DNA of 64,000 nucleotides from Spongospora subterranea f. sp. subterranea. Its lineage: Eukaryota. Below the pieces are notes generated by a model. The model did no database searches, was not told the origin of the DNA, and worked only from the letters and a program-made list of their open reading frames with translations. The DNA lies in assembly GCA_049724395.1 (NCBI GenBank), contig JAUGWO010000112.1:248001-312000 (forward strand), in the 5' to 3' direction. A program made the translations under genes and the position numbers. Shown here one piece after another: positions 37,980-50,900 of this stretch (its first letter is position 1; the number at the start of each line of letters is the position of its first letter).

Positions 37980-38503
37980 TTGTTGACGCAATTTGTCGTT
38001 TATATGTTCTAAGTCGAGTTTGATGTTGTCTGTAACAGTCCGTTTTGCCCAAGGCAGGTGCTGTGCCCTACATCTCCACTCCATTGGTAAAGCTGCTCTG
38101 GGATCCCGTACAAACTCATCTCCAATGTGATTTCCGATCAGGATTGCCATGTCATGTCGATGCTCTGTCAACACCGTTGATTACATTTCTCGAAAATCGA
38201 GCAATGCCATGAAACTTTGTGTCATTGAGTTCAGTCACGAGCTCCATTATGTCGGCCAACTTCACTTCGAATGTGTAAGCCGTAATAACGGAACTCGTGA
38301 CTAACCGAGTTCTCAATGACACAAGTTTTCATCGCAACGCTTCATTTCCGACATCATTCTACAGAATCCTGCAGGCGAATCACCGTGGAGTGGAGATGTA
38401 GCGGCCACAACACCTACCCCTTGGGCAAAACGGACTGCTACAGACAGCATCAAACTCGACTTAAAACATAAATCGGTTTGATGAACCACTACTTACGTCA
38501 ACA
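37980..38503. repeat. Diverged foldback (imperfect palindrome) centred near 38268
   Basis: 38010-38082 is the reverse complement of ~38387-38463 (gtcgagtttgatg..cagtccgttttgcccaagg..ctacatctccactcc). 38210-38245 pairs with ~38290-38335. Confidence 0.85.
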
Positions 38504-38654
38504 TTGTCCCGCGTTAGATCATTGTCCGCGTCAGATCAATAGAATCCTTCTGCTTTCCTTTCCCATCTTCCAGCCACAACCAAAGGCAATTAAGTTGGTA
38601 CTACAGTTATCGTTCCGCAGTGTGTCATGTGGGTGGCGGGTTTTCTGAAAAACC

Positions 38655-38668
38655 CCGTGACGGACTCC
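38655..38668. promoter_or_regulatory. Second copy of CCGTGACGGACTCC, ~54 bp upstream of the UTP10 ATG
   Basis: Exact match to 13782-13795, followed by a second ACGGACT at 38671. Confidence 0.45.
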
Positions 38669-38721
38669 TAACGGACTTCCTCCTGTGATATTCCAGTTTC
38701 GAAAGATCGCTCTGACGGTTA

Positions 38722-41700
38722 ATGGGGGCGTCACGGCTTGCCTCACAACTCCAGGCGCTATCTTCCCAGCGCCAATCCGCTCCGGCCAGTACCAGCAGAC
38801 AACAGGTATCACTGATATATGATGGTAAACAGGCTTCACAGCTTGATAATGAGGCCATATTCCATCTCGCTCAAACCGCTCTACACGAACTGGCCAAGAT
38901 CGACGGCAGGTTTCGGCGATTCGCCGACACGATATTCCAATGTGGAGCGTGGCAGAGCGATCCTGACCTGTTGAATAAGGCGAATAACGCCAAGATGGCC
39001 GGGCACATCCTGGATATATTGTCATTATTATCGGGCAAGTTCCTATTGACCGCAGCTCATCATGTTATCGAATACCTTATTCGTCACCATCGTGTTCATC
39101 AGCGCAACGCTGACCAATTTATCTGTATGATTCTCCCTTATCACGAGACGCCTCTGTTTGCTCGCGCGTTGTCGTTCACCGCATTATCCGGTAAATGGTC
39201 GTTCCTATCGCCATACGTGGCCAGGAACGAGGGATATTGCCGATCGATATTTGTCCAGCGCGCGGCCGATCACGTCGATCTGTTCCAGACCATCTTATCC
39301 ATCGCATCATCAGGTGCAGATTTAGCCAAGACCGGCGACAGTAATCGAGCGGCCATCGCATTCTCCATCGCCGTCATTCTCGCTGTAATTGAGCGAAAAC
39401 ACCTCTCCGACCTCCATCTACGTGCTATTCTCCCATTCCTACACAATTCCCTCAGCTACAAGAAAACCCCATCAATGGAGTTGCGCCTGTTAGCTCAGGT
39501 CGCCGCCGCTGCCATCGCCCCCAAGCTCGACGATAAACCGATTCGATCGCTATTGACAGCCATGATCACCGGTATCGACGCTCACGCTGGCCTCGACCAC
39601 ATCACGAAATCCATCCAGTATGCCGTCGCCATCTTCATCATCCGCTCGTCGGTCGTGTGCTCGGACAAGGCGTTGCGCCATCTCGCGTCGATCCCCTCGA
39701 TTCCAGCCGCGCTGTCCCATCTCCGATCGTCCCTCGACGTCAGCGCGTTCGTCGACATGTTGATCAAGTTCTCGATCCGGTCGGATAATCTGCAGATTGC
39801 GTCGTCATTAATCCTTCAGGCTACAGATATGTCGTCGGATTCGGTTCAACGCTATGCGATGTTAGCAGAGGCGACCTCAAACTCCACCGATCTCCTCGAA
39901 TTTCGACGTCAAATCGGCCATAATTGCCTGGCAGATGATTCAATATTCAGTTCCAATCCGACAGTTCGATTAGACGCGTTCCGTTCATATGAGAAACGGG
40001 TCGTGTCTGGTGAATTGTCGCATGGATTCGCGTCAACTCTATATCATGATTGTATTGAGGACCGATCGCCAGCGTTGGTGATGGCCGTTATCAACAGTGC
40101 GTCGGCGATCGCGATCATGGGCGAGACGGTATTGTGTTCGGCTATTGAGCGAGCGTTACCCCGGTTCAAGGGCAATTCTGATCTGGTTCTAGCGTCTGTC
40201 CAATGTCTAGCCAGGATTGGAACGGATTCGGCAATCGTCATGTTAGTCGATATCGTCATCGCTCATCCGACTGTATTATCACGTCTATCGCCATCGTCAC
40301 ATCCATTATTCACCACTATTCAAGATTCGTTGGCGTCCACAATCGCATCCAATGTTTCCGCCGCCCAACTGCCGTTTGTTCTCGACCTGATTTCGACCCG
40401 CCCTGCGCTGTTCCCCGTCATCTCCTTAATACCCATGGACGGTCAGAGCCTCGACTTAATCCTCACCTCTTTGACTAGGTTTAAGGTTCATCCCTCTACG
40501 TTAACCGCCTTCGACGAACTCTGCTGTTCTCTTTCTAGCTCAGCAATTCAAAGCGATCAAGATCAGCGCTTGTTCGAGATCTGTTCCGAACACGGAGCTG
40601 TTAGATCGATGGCCCAGATCATCGAGCAGCAGAAATTAACTTTCACCTTCCTCATTAAAATGTGGGGATCGTTGTCATTAACGGCAGTCGTATCAGCGTT
40701 GCGTATTGCTGCATCTCTGATCGGTGCTCTTCCACATCGGAACCTTGCCGGTCTCGTTCCATTGCTGATTCCCTCGCTCGCACATCAAGATGAACGTGTC
40801 CGATCGGCCGCCCTTAATGTGGCTGGATCCATCATCAAATGTCACAAGCGTGTGGCACCCTTTTGCGGAGAACCATTTGCCGACGACTTCGCCAAATGCA
40901 ATAGTTCCGACCTTCCAACGCTGAGGAAGTTCGCCCGTTTGGCATATGCCAAATCCAAAGAGATCTATCTCGATAGGTCAGTGTATGATCCGTTCTAATC
41001 AGTTCCCACTAAATATAAATGGATTGGTCAGATCATGGATCGCGCGTTTGGAGTTTAAAGAGGCCACACGTTCGGCGGTTTTCCGGCGATGTCCAGTGAT
41101 GTCAACTGCGACTTGTGCGAGTGTGTTGGCAGGTTTGCAAATCAAGCAGATCAGTGCTGCACAAGTATCGCTATGTTCTGGTCTGATTTCGGACCGGACC
41201 TGCTCAATTCTGATTCCATTAATTGCTGCTCACACGACACCCAAAGCCGTCGCCGTTTTACAGCGGTGCATATCCTGCGACAACCCGGCCGCCATCGTCA
41301 ATGCTGCATCAATCGCCATAACGCAAGACCATTTCAAAATAATGACCACAGGTGCCCAAACTAATCTCATTGTTGCTCTCTGTCACCTATTGAGATCGCC
41401 ATTTGCCCATCATTCCCTGCTCGTACTGTCCAAATTACAGGTCGGATTTGGTTCTGATTTTTTGACGCAATCGATCATATCTGAACTTACGTGTAGATCT
41501 CGCCCACATTGGCCATCAGAGCTGTTGAAACTTTATCTGAGGCCAGCGAATTGGTGCTCGTTTTGGATTGTTGGTCGGAGGGTGATTGTCTGGTCGGCAA
41601 CCTCACCCAGTTTGTCATCACTCTACTCTCCCTGATCGATGCACAATGCGAATCTGACGCCCCCGACTCGTTATTGATCTGCTCCATCCTCAAATTCTTC

Positions 41701-44239
41701 AACACTCTTCCAATGAAGCAATTTGGTAATACCACCGGTCTGTCAAATCAATATTGTATCGCTGATCGAATATAGGCTCCATTGTCTGTAATCAGAAGAC
41801 GTTGCAATGTCTACGTATGGATCGGCAAGTTCGCTTACAGATGGCGCTGCTTTTCAACAAGTATTTTGCCGAGAGAGGTGTTGATCGCAAATCCTTTACT
41901 ACTTGCGATGTTCTGTCTTCAGTTATTGCCACATTGGTCGCTGGAGATGGGTTCGCGCTCTCTGTGCTTATCGATTCCATGAACACCCAAATCCCAGACT
42001 CAACCTGCCCCATACAAGTAATATCCCTGTTCATCGAATCATGGTCAGATTATCGAATTCGATGCGATCGTAATGTTTGACCACACATCACAGGTCGGCG
42101 ATTCCGGAGTCGATGCGATCTGACGTGTTCACAACATTGATCAGTGTGACCCATCTTCTGGGCGAGATCCTGTTGGGTCTCGTGTCCCAATACGGCAGCG
42201 AATGCTTCGCCTTCGCTCATTCCATCGCGGAGCGGTGTTCATCGGCTGAACAGCTCCTTGCTCTAGCCCATATGCTCAGCTCTGCCGACACCGTTCGCCC
42301 CATCAAGAAGATCAAATCTGAATCCCCATGTTGCCTGCCGGCGGTCGAATTCGTCGCTCATCATCTTGATTATTCGCCGTTTGTCTCGAGCGTCGTTCCT
42401 TCGGCGGAGACCGAATCCGCGTTCATCACCATTTATCGCGTCATGCTCAACGAATCAACCGCACGAAACACGATATTCGACCAGCTACTGCATCGCCTGG
42501 TGGCAATCTCCTCGCTATCCATGTTCATTTCCGCATTAAGCAATCTGTTGAAGTCGTGCCAGGAATCGGAAACTGTTCTGCGGCGAAAGACGTTGCAGCT
42601 CCTGAACGAGAAACTGGAATTGATCGGGCAGAATGGCACTGAGGCAAGAGATCTGGTTCCAATTGTTGATAGCCTATTACCCGCTCTCATCAATCTAGTC
42701 ACGAACACCTCCGAATCCGATCAGAACAAGCAATTGGCGTTATTGGTGAGTTCATTGTCGTCTTCAACATTCCCTATTGACTGGGTAGTCAGGTTATCGA
42801 TTCCGTCTCGAATATCTGCCCATCCGATGTCGTGGCGCCGTTCATTGATGTGATCCCGCGCATCGTTGTCGTTATGTCCACTGGATCATCGAATCTTCAG
42901 TCTTCGGCCTTGATGACGGTTGCAACATGTGTCGCTAATCTCGGTCCTCACGCCATTCGATTCCTTCAACGCGTTATGCCCTCTGTCCTCTCTCATATTT
43001 CCAAATCCCAGACAGCTGGACTACATGGGCTTTGCGCCATTGTCTCGTAATATTCCCTTTTGTCAATCCCTCAATTCAATCAACAGTTAACCGTCCCCAT
43101 ATAGGTCAATCCCTAAATTTATGGGCCCATATCTGTCGGGAATATTCACAGCGATTACTGATCCTGCGATTGGCAATAGTGACATCGTCGGTCAGATCAT
43201 GTCCCACATCGCCAGTAATGTATCGATCCGTGTTGTGCTGCCGACGATCCTGTCAATCCCCTCGTCCAGTACCCGACTTCTGGATCTCATATCCGATATC
43301 GTCACGAATCACATCTCCCCCGCCGAGCTCAAGGCCTATTATCGCCCCGTGTTCGACCTGTGCATTTCCTCCTTCTCCCAGCATGTTGATCATATCGACG
43401 ATCACGCTGTCGCGATGTTCACAGCCCTAGCGCTTCGCCTCAACGAAGCCCAGCTATCATCGCTATTCGCCTCCTTACTTCAATGGGCCGGACCGTCCTT
43501 CGACACCGACGACCGCCGATTCTGCACCTTATTCGCCGTCGTCATCAGTCTATTGGACAGTCTTGAAACATTGTTCGCTCCATACGCTCGGCAGATGATC
43601 GATCTGTGTGCCGCCTCTCTTTGCCATGAAGACGCATCACCTCGCCTGTACCAATTGGCTATACAACTCTTGCACAAGACGTGTCTCCATGATGATGGGG
43701 AATTGGTCTCCAAGCCTCGGTAATCTTTTCGCGATTCACAATTCTTCAATTTGCGTTATTAAAGCGTCTTACAGGTACGACATCATCAAACCGGCATTCG
43801 TTGAACAAATCAAGATCGCATGCGCCACACTTCGGGCATCTGATGCCATTCAATTTGCCACTGATTTTATTGTCCCATGTAGCTCACAATTCGCGTCCAC
43901 CTTCAACCATGAGGTGATTCACATCTCGATTATCTGGTGTTTGTTTTCGATTGCTAATGAGGAGAATGTCGTTAGATGTATTGGCAGCCGTTTATCCATG
44001 ATATCCTGCTGTTGACCAGATCGAACCAGAACGCTCTCAGGAACACCGCGTTCCAATGCATTCATGGAATCCTGGATCGTATCGGTGATCCATTGCTGCC
44101 ATTATTGCCAGAGATGATCCCGTATATCGTCGAGGCGATGGAGGATGCCGACCCTGATGTTGAACGGACGGTGAGACGGCTGGTGGATCTACTGCAAAGG
44201 TTATCGGGAGAGGATTTACAGGATTATATCAATAAATGA
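38722..44239 (+). CDS. UTP10: UTP10/HEATR1 (SSU processome HEAT-repeat protein)
   Basis: N-terminal LASQLQAL, SLIYDGKQA, IEYLIRHHRVH..NAD..I.ILPYHET..F; BP28CT-type LRLNEAQLSSLF..L.WA; C-terminal LPLLPEMIPYIVEAMEDAD.DVE...LSGEDLQDY. Confidence 0.95.
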
Positions 44240-44937
44240 TGATTTTAATCTCATGAGCCGTATACGGGGTCCATGTCAACCACCATCTTCAAATGCTCAT
44301 CCTTGATCAGGGATGCGATGGTTCAAAAGGAAACAATGTTGAACTACCAATCTGGGTATTACGCATGTCTTGAAAAGGGCGATGTCGACGCCACAATGAT
44401 TGATAATGTGGTTTTGAACACCTTTTTGATTATAGAGTAAGCGATCCCAAAAACATCAAAGTCGGTCGATATTTGTTTTGTTGAAACGATTTGACATAAC
44501 TTTCATTACGATTCAAGTTTTTCGTTTTGTGTCAACTATAAAATGATGTTTGCAGTGATGCTGTTGAGAACAACTTTCCCACCCGGTTAAGAAAAGCATG
44601 AGCAGAAAGCTAACATGATAAGATGATATTAGTATGAGAAAGGACTTGACCATTAGTATGGTTAATCACAGTTCGGAAACCGGCCCGACTTGGCTTGTTC
44701 ACCAGAAGCCCTCTTCCCAGACGCAATATGGGCCAACACAACTTGTGCCAATGGCACTGCCGGTAAAGTGTGTAACACACAAGGTGGTGGCCAACCGGCG
44801 TCAACCCCACAAGTGCAGTGGTGCAAGGGGAGGCGCGGCCCGTTATGACAGGGCCTGGAACTGGACTGGCTGCGCCCTGTTCTGTTCAGACATCATCATC
44901 ATCATCATCATCTTGAGCTGAAATTGAGGTTCAGACG

Positions 44938-47900
44938 ATGGATGACCCTGGGCCAGGGACAGCCCTTGTAATACGTGATCCTCCCCCGGGCGCACCTGCC
45001 ACATTTTTGAACAAAAAAGCGACCCGCGAGCTAGAGGACCAGCTGCAACAGCTGAAAACTGAATGCGACCAGAAAGATGAGGAGATTGCCAGATTATTGG
45101 CAGCTTCTTCACAAGGGACGCTACAGGTCGCCATGATGGAACTTGATCAATACACAGTTTTGAATGATTTTTTAGAAGCAACTCCAGAAGGCATTAGAGG
45201 AAAATAGGGATTTGAAGAAGGAGCTAGCCAGCCTGTACCAGGAACAAGTTGACGTGCGTTTATAACTATATTATGGGATAGACATCTGACCACGATCGTA
45301 GTCTCAACAGCTAGCCGAACGTCTTGAAGCTCAGGAGGCTCTGACCCAAACAGTCCAGAATGAGTTTGCTGATTTCCGCAATCAGACCAAGCTGGGAATT
45401 GAGCAAATGAGGCTGGTAATCCAATGCGTGTTCCAGAAAACGGCGCTCTTCTCAACGTAATGATAAGGACCGAGAACAGTTAGACAACGAGATAACATCG
45501 TTCGAAGCTCGGATTGGGTCAATACGAACCGCTGAGTTTGAAACTGAGAAGCTCAACACCGTCCTAAACGAAAAGGTCTATAGATTTTGATTCTGCAGAA
45601 ATCAGGCGATGAAGTTTTTGAGCTTCAGGTTGCAGATCTCGAAGCACAGCTTCGAACTCAATCTGCTTTAATCACGAAATTGAAAGACGGAACTCAACTT
45701 GGTATCAATCTTCGTATCTGTTTTCCTTCCCTAAATAATGCTATTCACTTTATCAGAGGAGCTAGAGGCGACCATTGCTTCTCTTACAGACAGCCTTTCG
45801 CAAAAAGAATGGGACCGCCAAAACTTGGAAACCTCGCTGCTTGCTGCCAACAACGAAAATGCTCAGATCATTGCTCGAACAGAAGAATTTGAAAGCAAGG
45901 TCCAGGTGGGGAATTTTTATTATCATTGCTGATTCACATATTGAGTTGCGGTGGTTAGGGAACTCTTTCAGATACTGTCTCTCAACTTACTGAACAATTA
46001 CTCAAGCACAAATCAGCATCTGAAGCCAAGTACCGTCAGTGTTTCTGCGTTTGTCTCCTATCGAACGTGATGTTTCAGGGATATTGAACTCGAAGAGGAG
46101 CGGAAGCGTTACGATCTATTGCTATCTAAGGTACTTAACACTGACCAAGAGCTTATGGACCTAGCCAATCAGTTGCAAGCTTACGAGCAAGGTAAGATTC
46201 TTCGGGTTTAAGTAAAAAAGGTTTTAACGCAAAATTTTGAATTAGGTTATTCAATCGACGATGCCATGAAAGATCTTCGGAAAAAGAAAGCTGAACTATC
46301 ACTGAGAGAGAAAGAGGTTCTGGAGATCTCAACAAAGCTAAATATTCGAGAAAAGCAGCTTCAGAAAATTGTTAGCGAGAACCGGTCGGTCAAATGGACT
46401 TGGCGGCGACAGTTCTGATGAGGATGTTTGTCTGATAGCGCTCTTCGAGCGAAAGCTGGAGTTGACATTGGGTGGGAAATCAATGAGGAGGAACTGGAAC
46501 TTGAGCATAACGTTGAAGTTCAGCGTCTGTCGGCGCTGGTCGACCATTATTCTTCTCGTATCCAACGCCTTGAATCAGAAAGGTGTCAACGAATCTGAAA
46601 CTTTTGCTGTCGAATTTAGTTCTGTCTCAGATTGGAAATATTAGAAGAACTTCGGGTCAAAGCGGTTCAAACTGGGGAAACCGGAGTGGTATTTTTTGGC
46701 CTTTCTGTAGACAAAATGAAGCTTGTCGAACAAGTAAGCTTACGATCATGGATCTGCTTTAGACTTACATTTCGTTCAGTATGCTGAAAAATTGAGGGAC
46801 AATGATCCTGATTTGCCTGTGCATGATGAAACCGAGAGGTTGAACGCTGAGTTGCAATCGAGTCAAATTCTGCTAGCTGAACTACGTGCAAAATACTCAG
46901 AAGTACTATATATGGAATGTAATTATTTGGCTGTCCTTAGCTGATACGATAGTCTTTAATTGAATGCAACGAACTTCGATCTGCACTATTAGAAAAGATC
47001 AAAAGTCACGGCGATGAGCGCGTTGCCGAAATTCTTGAAAATATAAATCAAATCAAGATCAGTCAGCATGCTAATAATGGGAAGGCATTACCAAACGCTG
47101 CCGATTCTACTGCCGTTAATCAAGATAAGATGTCGTCAGCTCGTTCGTGTTGTTTTCGTACTGTCGTGTTTGCTTATTTTCAGTCAGGTCTCGGTCTAGC
47201 CAGAATGATGTCTTAACTCCCAAAGATGGCGGTCTGGATGAAGGATCCGACGACAGTCAATGTCAGAGCCCGTAATATCGATTATCGTCCGATTTGTGAA
47301 TAGTAAATAACATTGTTTGCAGGGCTGAGCTTTCCCAAGAATTACTTCTTTGTATGGAAGAAATATTGTCAACCGAAAAGGTTCTTGACCTGTCTGCTAC
47401 AACTATCGCCAAGTACGAAGCGTCCATTACTCATACATCGTCCATCATCAATGCGTTATTTACCTCTTATTCTGAACGTCTTCATCAATTTACTGACGAA
47501 AGGGAACAGCTGCATACAAAAGTTGACCAGCTTCAATTGCAGTTGAACCAGCTAATGATTGAAAGGGATTCCGCATTGGTATCACTGAGGTCAATTGGGG
47601 ACAACAAAGATATCGAGAATATAAATGAAGAAAATCGAAGGTCTCGCGTCGATTATATCTGCAAATTCTTGTAAAACCATGTTTCTATAGGCAAGTAACT
47701 GTATTACAAGCAAATGAAACTGTTTTGACAAGGAAGCTCGCCATTCTTGAACAATCACTGTTGAACCTGGAAACAGTTAGTTTTTTTGCGCCCATTTCGG
47801 AATTGTTGTTTCAGCGTTTTCTCAGCGTGAAAACCGTAGTCGAGATAACCGCATAAAACTAGAGCAAGTGTTGAAAACTCGCATTTTACAACTCGAGAAT

Positions 47901-50900
47901 AGTAAGGCGGCGTCGAATTCACAAGTGAGTGCTCTTGAGGAGCAACTTCGTTTATCGGTTTCGCAGACTCTATACGACACCTTAGTTCAGCAGGGTTCAT
48001 TCACACACAAAAGGTAATGCCGGGGACGTTTCGTTGATGCATATTTAATCGTCCAAGGCTTTGCGAATGCCTCAAGGAAAACGCAGATCTTCAACACCAA
48101 TGTCAGGAGATACAAGATCTTCGAAGGGACGTCGATATTGCTCAAAAAGAAGCAATCTTATCTAGAGAAAGACACGAAAGCTCTGAAGCTACTATACAAA
48201 TTCTCCAAAGCAAGCTTGACAGTATGGCTAGTGAAGGTGCATATGGTTTGGCATTTTTATTGTGAATCTGTGGTTGATGAGGTTTCCAACACAGATGACG
48301 ATCGAGTTCAACTAATTGCTCACATTGCCGCTTTGGAAGTTCGGGAAGGCAATGCTGTCAGAAGTATGAATCGGATGCAAGAGCGTGCAACAGGTTGTGA
48401 AACGCGCTACACCCAAGTTTCAACGGATTTAAATATATTAGAGCAGAAGTACAAATCGATTTTGCTGCTATACCATAGCGAGCAAGAAACGGTTCAGAAA
48501 CTTCAAAAGACGATGTCACAGTCAGAAAAATCCTATCAAGAGTCATCAGCAGAGTTAAAAAATGTCATTCAACATACAAAGCGAGAAGTCAATCGCTTCA
48601 GAAAACTTTTTGAAATTGCCAAAACCCAAGCCAATCAGTTATGCCAAGGAAACCAAGATGTTGAATCAGAAATCCAAGGTACACATTCTGCTTGTGTACT
48701 TTCAAGAACTCATGTTGAACTGTGGTCAGGACTTCGACTGGCTCTATCCGATTTGCAATGTAACAGCGATGAGCAATCGCGGATCGGGCAGCTGCATCAT
48801 GAGCTCATATCTGCTAGGATAGAGATTCGAGAGTTGAAGCGGACTGTGGAGGATCACGATATAATGTTGTGAACAGGTATGCTGTTTTGGTGTGCCCATC
48901 CAACTGTCTATTTATTCCTTCAAGATTGGAATCCGACCTCTTGCGTGAATGCCAGTCTCATGACGAGTTGACTACGGCGTCGTTCGTGGAGAATTCAAAT
49001 CTTCGTTCGCGAATTCGGTTTCTCCAGGCTTGTCTTGCTGACGTAACGTCAATTACCGGCAATGGTCTCAACGCAGAACAAGCAGCAGCTCTTCAGCAAA
49101 CGAACTCGTGGTTAGTTCAACGACTACAGAGCGCTCGTGATGGTATCATATTGCCCAAATCCAAACCGAATCCTTATGTAATTGCAATAGACCTGGTCAA
49201 GCTTGATGATCGATGCCGATCTTCGGAACAAGAGCTTGCCTTATTGAAGATTGCGAGAGAATGCATTGTTGAAGAGACCAATGTTACCAATCATATGCAG
49301 TCACTTGATCCTGAAACATATGATGAACAGCTGCAGTTTCATCTCTTAGAATGGACAAAGAAGTTTCGTGAACTGAAAGTATCGCAAATGCAATTACAGG
49401 TGACTTAATTTTTGTCGTGCTATCCTCTTCAGAGACTTACCGACTGTTTCAGCACCAATGTCGTTCGCTTCAGCAGAAGAATGACTTCCTGGAGAAGTGC
49501 GTTTGTGAACATGAGTCTGAGATGGGACGTTTGCGTGACATTATATCTGATAAGGTACACGCTGTATTGTTTGTTTTATTTCGTTCATTGAGGCTTTCCA
49601 GGATGCCCGCTTGGAAACCCAACAGCTTCATTTCAAACGACAAGCTGCTTCGATGCTAGAGTTTTCTCAAAAAAAAGTGGTTGCGGCCCACGCTTTCGTG
49701 AATCCAGATGAGAAACACGGCGCATTACAGAGTCATTATGAAGCGGAACTGGCTCGCATCCAAGGTGAAATGAGGCGTATTAACTCTGTTCTAGAGAGTA
49801 AAGAAGAAGTCATAGCTTTGCTGCGACAACAAGTGGCGAAGTACGTACTGTGGCACAGTCGTCAAAGCAACTGATGCGCATGTTTCAACATTCAGGTTAG
49901 AATCAAAAATTCGCGTCGACGTTACTGTTGAAAAAAGCGATGGGGAAAAAAGCGAAGCTGAGGTCACCAATGAGCGAATTCTTAAAACCGCTGAGCTGAC
50001 AATCCAGAGCTTACGGGATTTGCTTTTACAAAAGAATTCGGTTTTAACCCGATATCGGTACCAAAGCAATAATTTGTTGCATTTTGTTCTTAGTCGGGTT
50101 TTCAGAGAAATTCTCGAGAGGACACTACACAAATACAATCGTGAAAAAGAGCTAGATTTCGCATCTCTCGAGCAGTTACAGGAAAGACTTACACAAGAAC
50201 AGTTAGACCAGTCGACATTACTACAATCTGCTTTGCAACGGATCGAAGATATTCAGAAAATTCCCTCGAATTTGATCACGCTTGAACAATTGCAAGAAAA
50301 CATTGCTGGAAGGGAGAGCACCATTCAGGTTCACGAATTCTTACAATTGTAGGCTTATTCAGTATGTTTTACAAGCAGCATTATAGGAACTTTCTACTGA
50401 GCTAAAGACTGTTCAGATTCTTCTTCAAAATTCTAACGCCAGGTTGGTTATTCCAGGTGTAATTCGGGACATCAATGATAGGCTTTGTTGATGTAGGTGC
50501 TTAGCATTGCAAGCGGAAAAAGAATCCCTTGAAAATCGTGTTCATTCTTCTGATGCTACAAAAAGTGACTTCAGTGAAACAGGAGCTGTACTTGAGGCGC
50601 TGCGGGACGAACTTCACGAAAAGCAGCGACAGCAGACCCACTTAGAAGCAGCGATCGTACAGCTCAAAGAAGATGTTCTTCAACATCGAATGGCTCCGGC
50701 GGTCTCAGCGGTATTTTACCTTGAATTGATGAATCACGAATGGAGATGACGAATGAAGAAAATGTGATAGGGCTCACCAGTTTCGAATGCTGATCATGAA
50801 AGACTCATTCTGCATTTGCGGTCTACATTAAAGAAGGCAGAAGTCGCCAAACAGAAAGCATTGAGTGAAATTAGGTATTCAATTTTTGTGCAATCATCAC

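Noticed and set aside
44892..44912. (CAT)7 giving poly-Met/poly-Ile ORFs
   Set aside because: Simple microsatellite upstream of CEP290; the ORFs are incidental.
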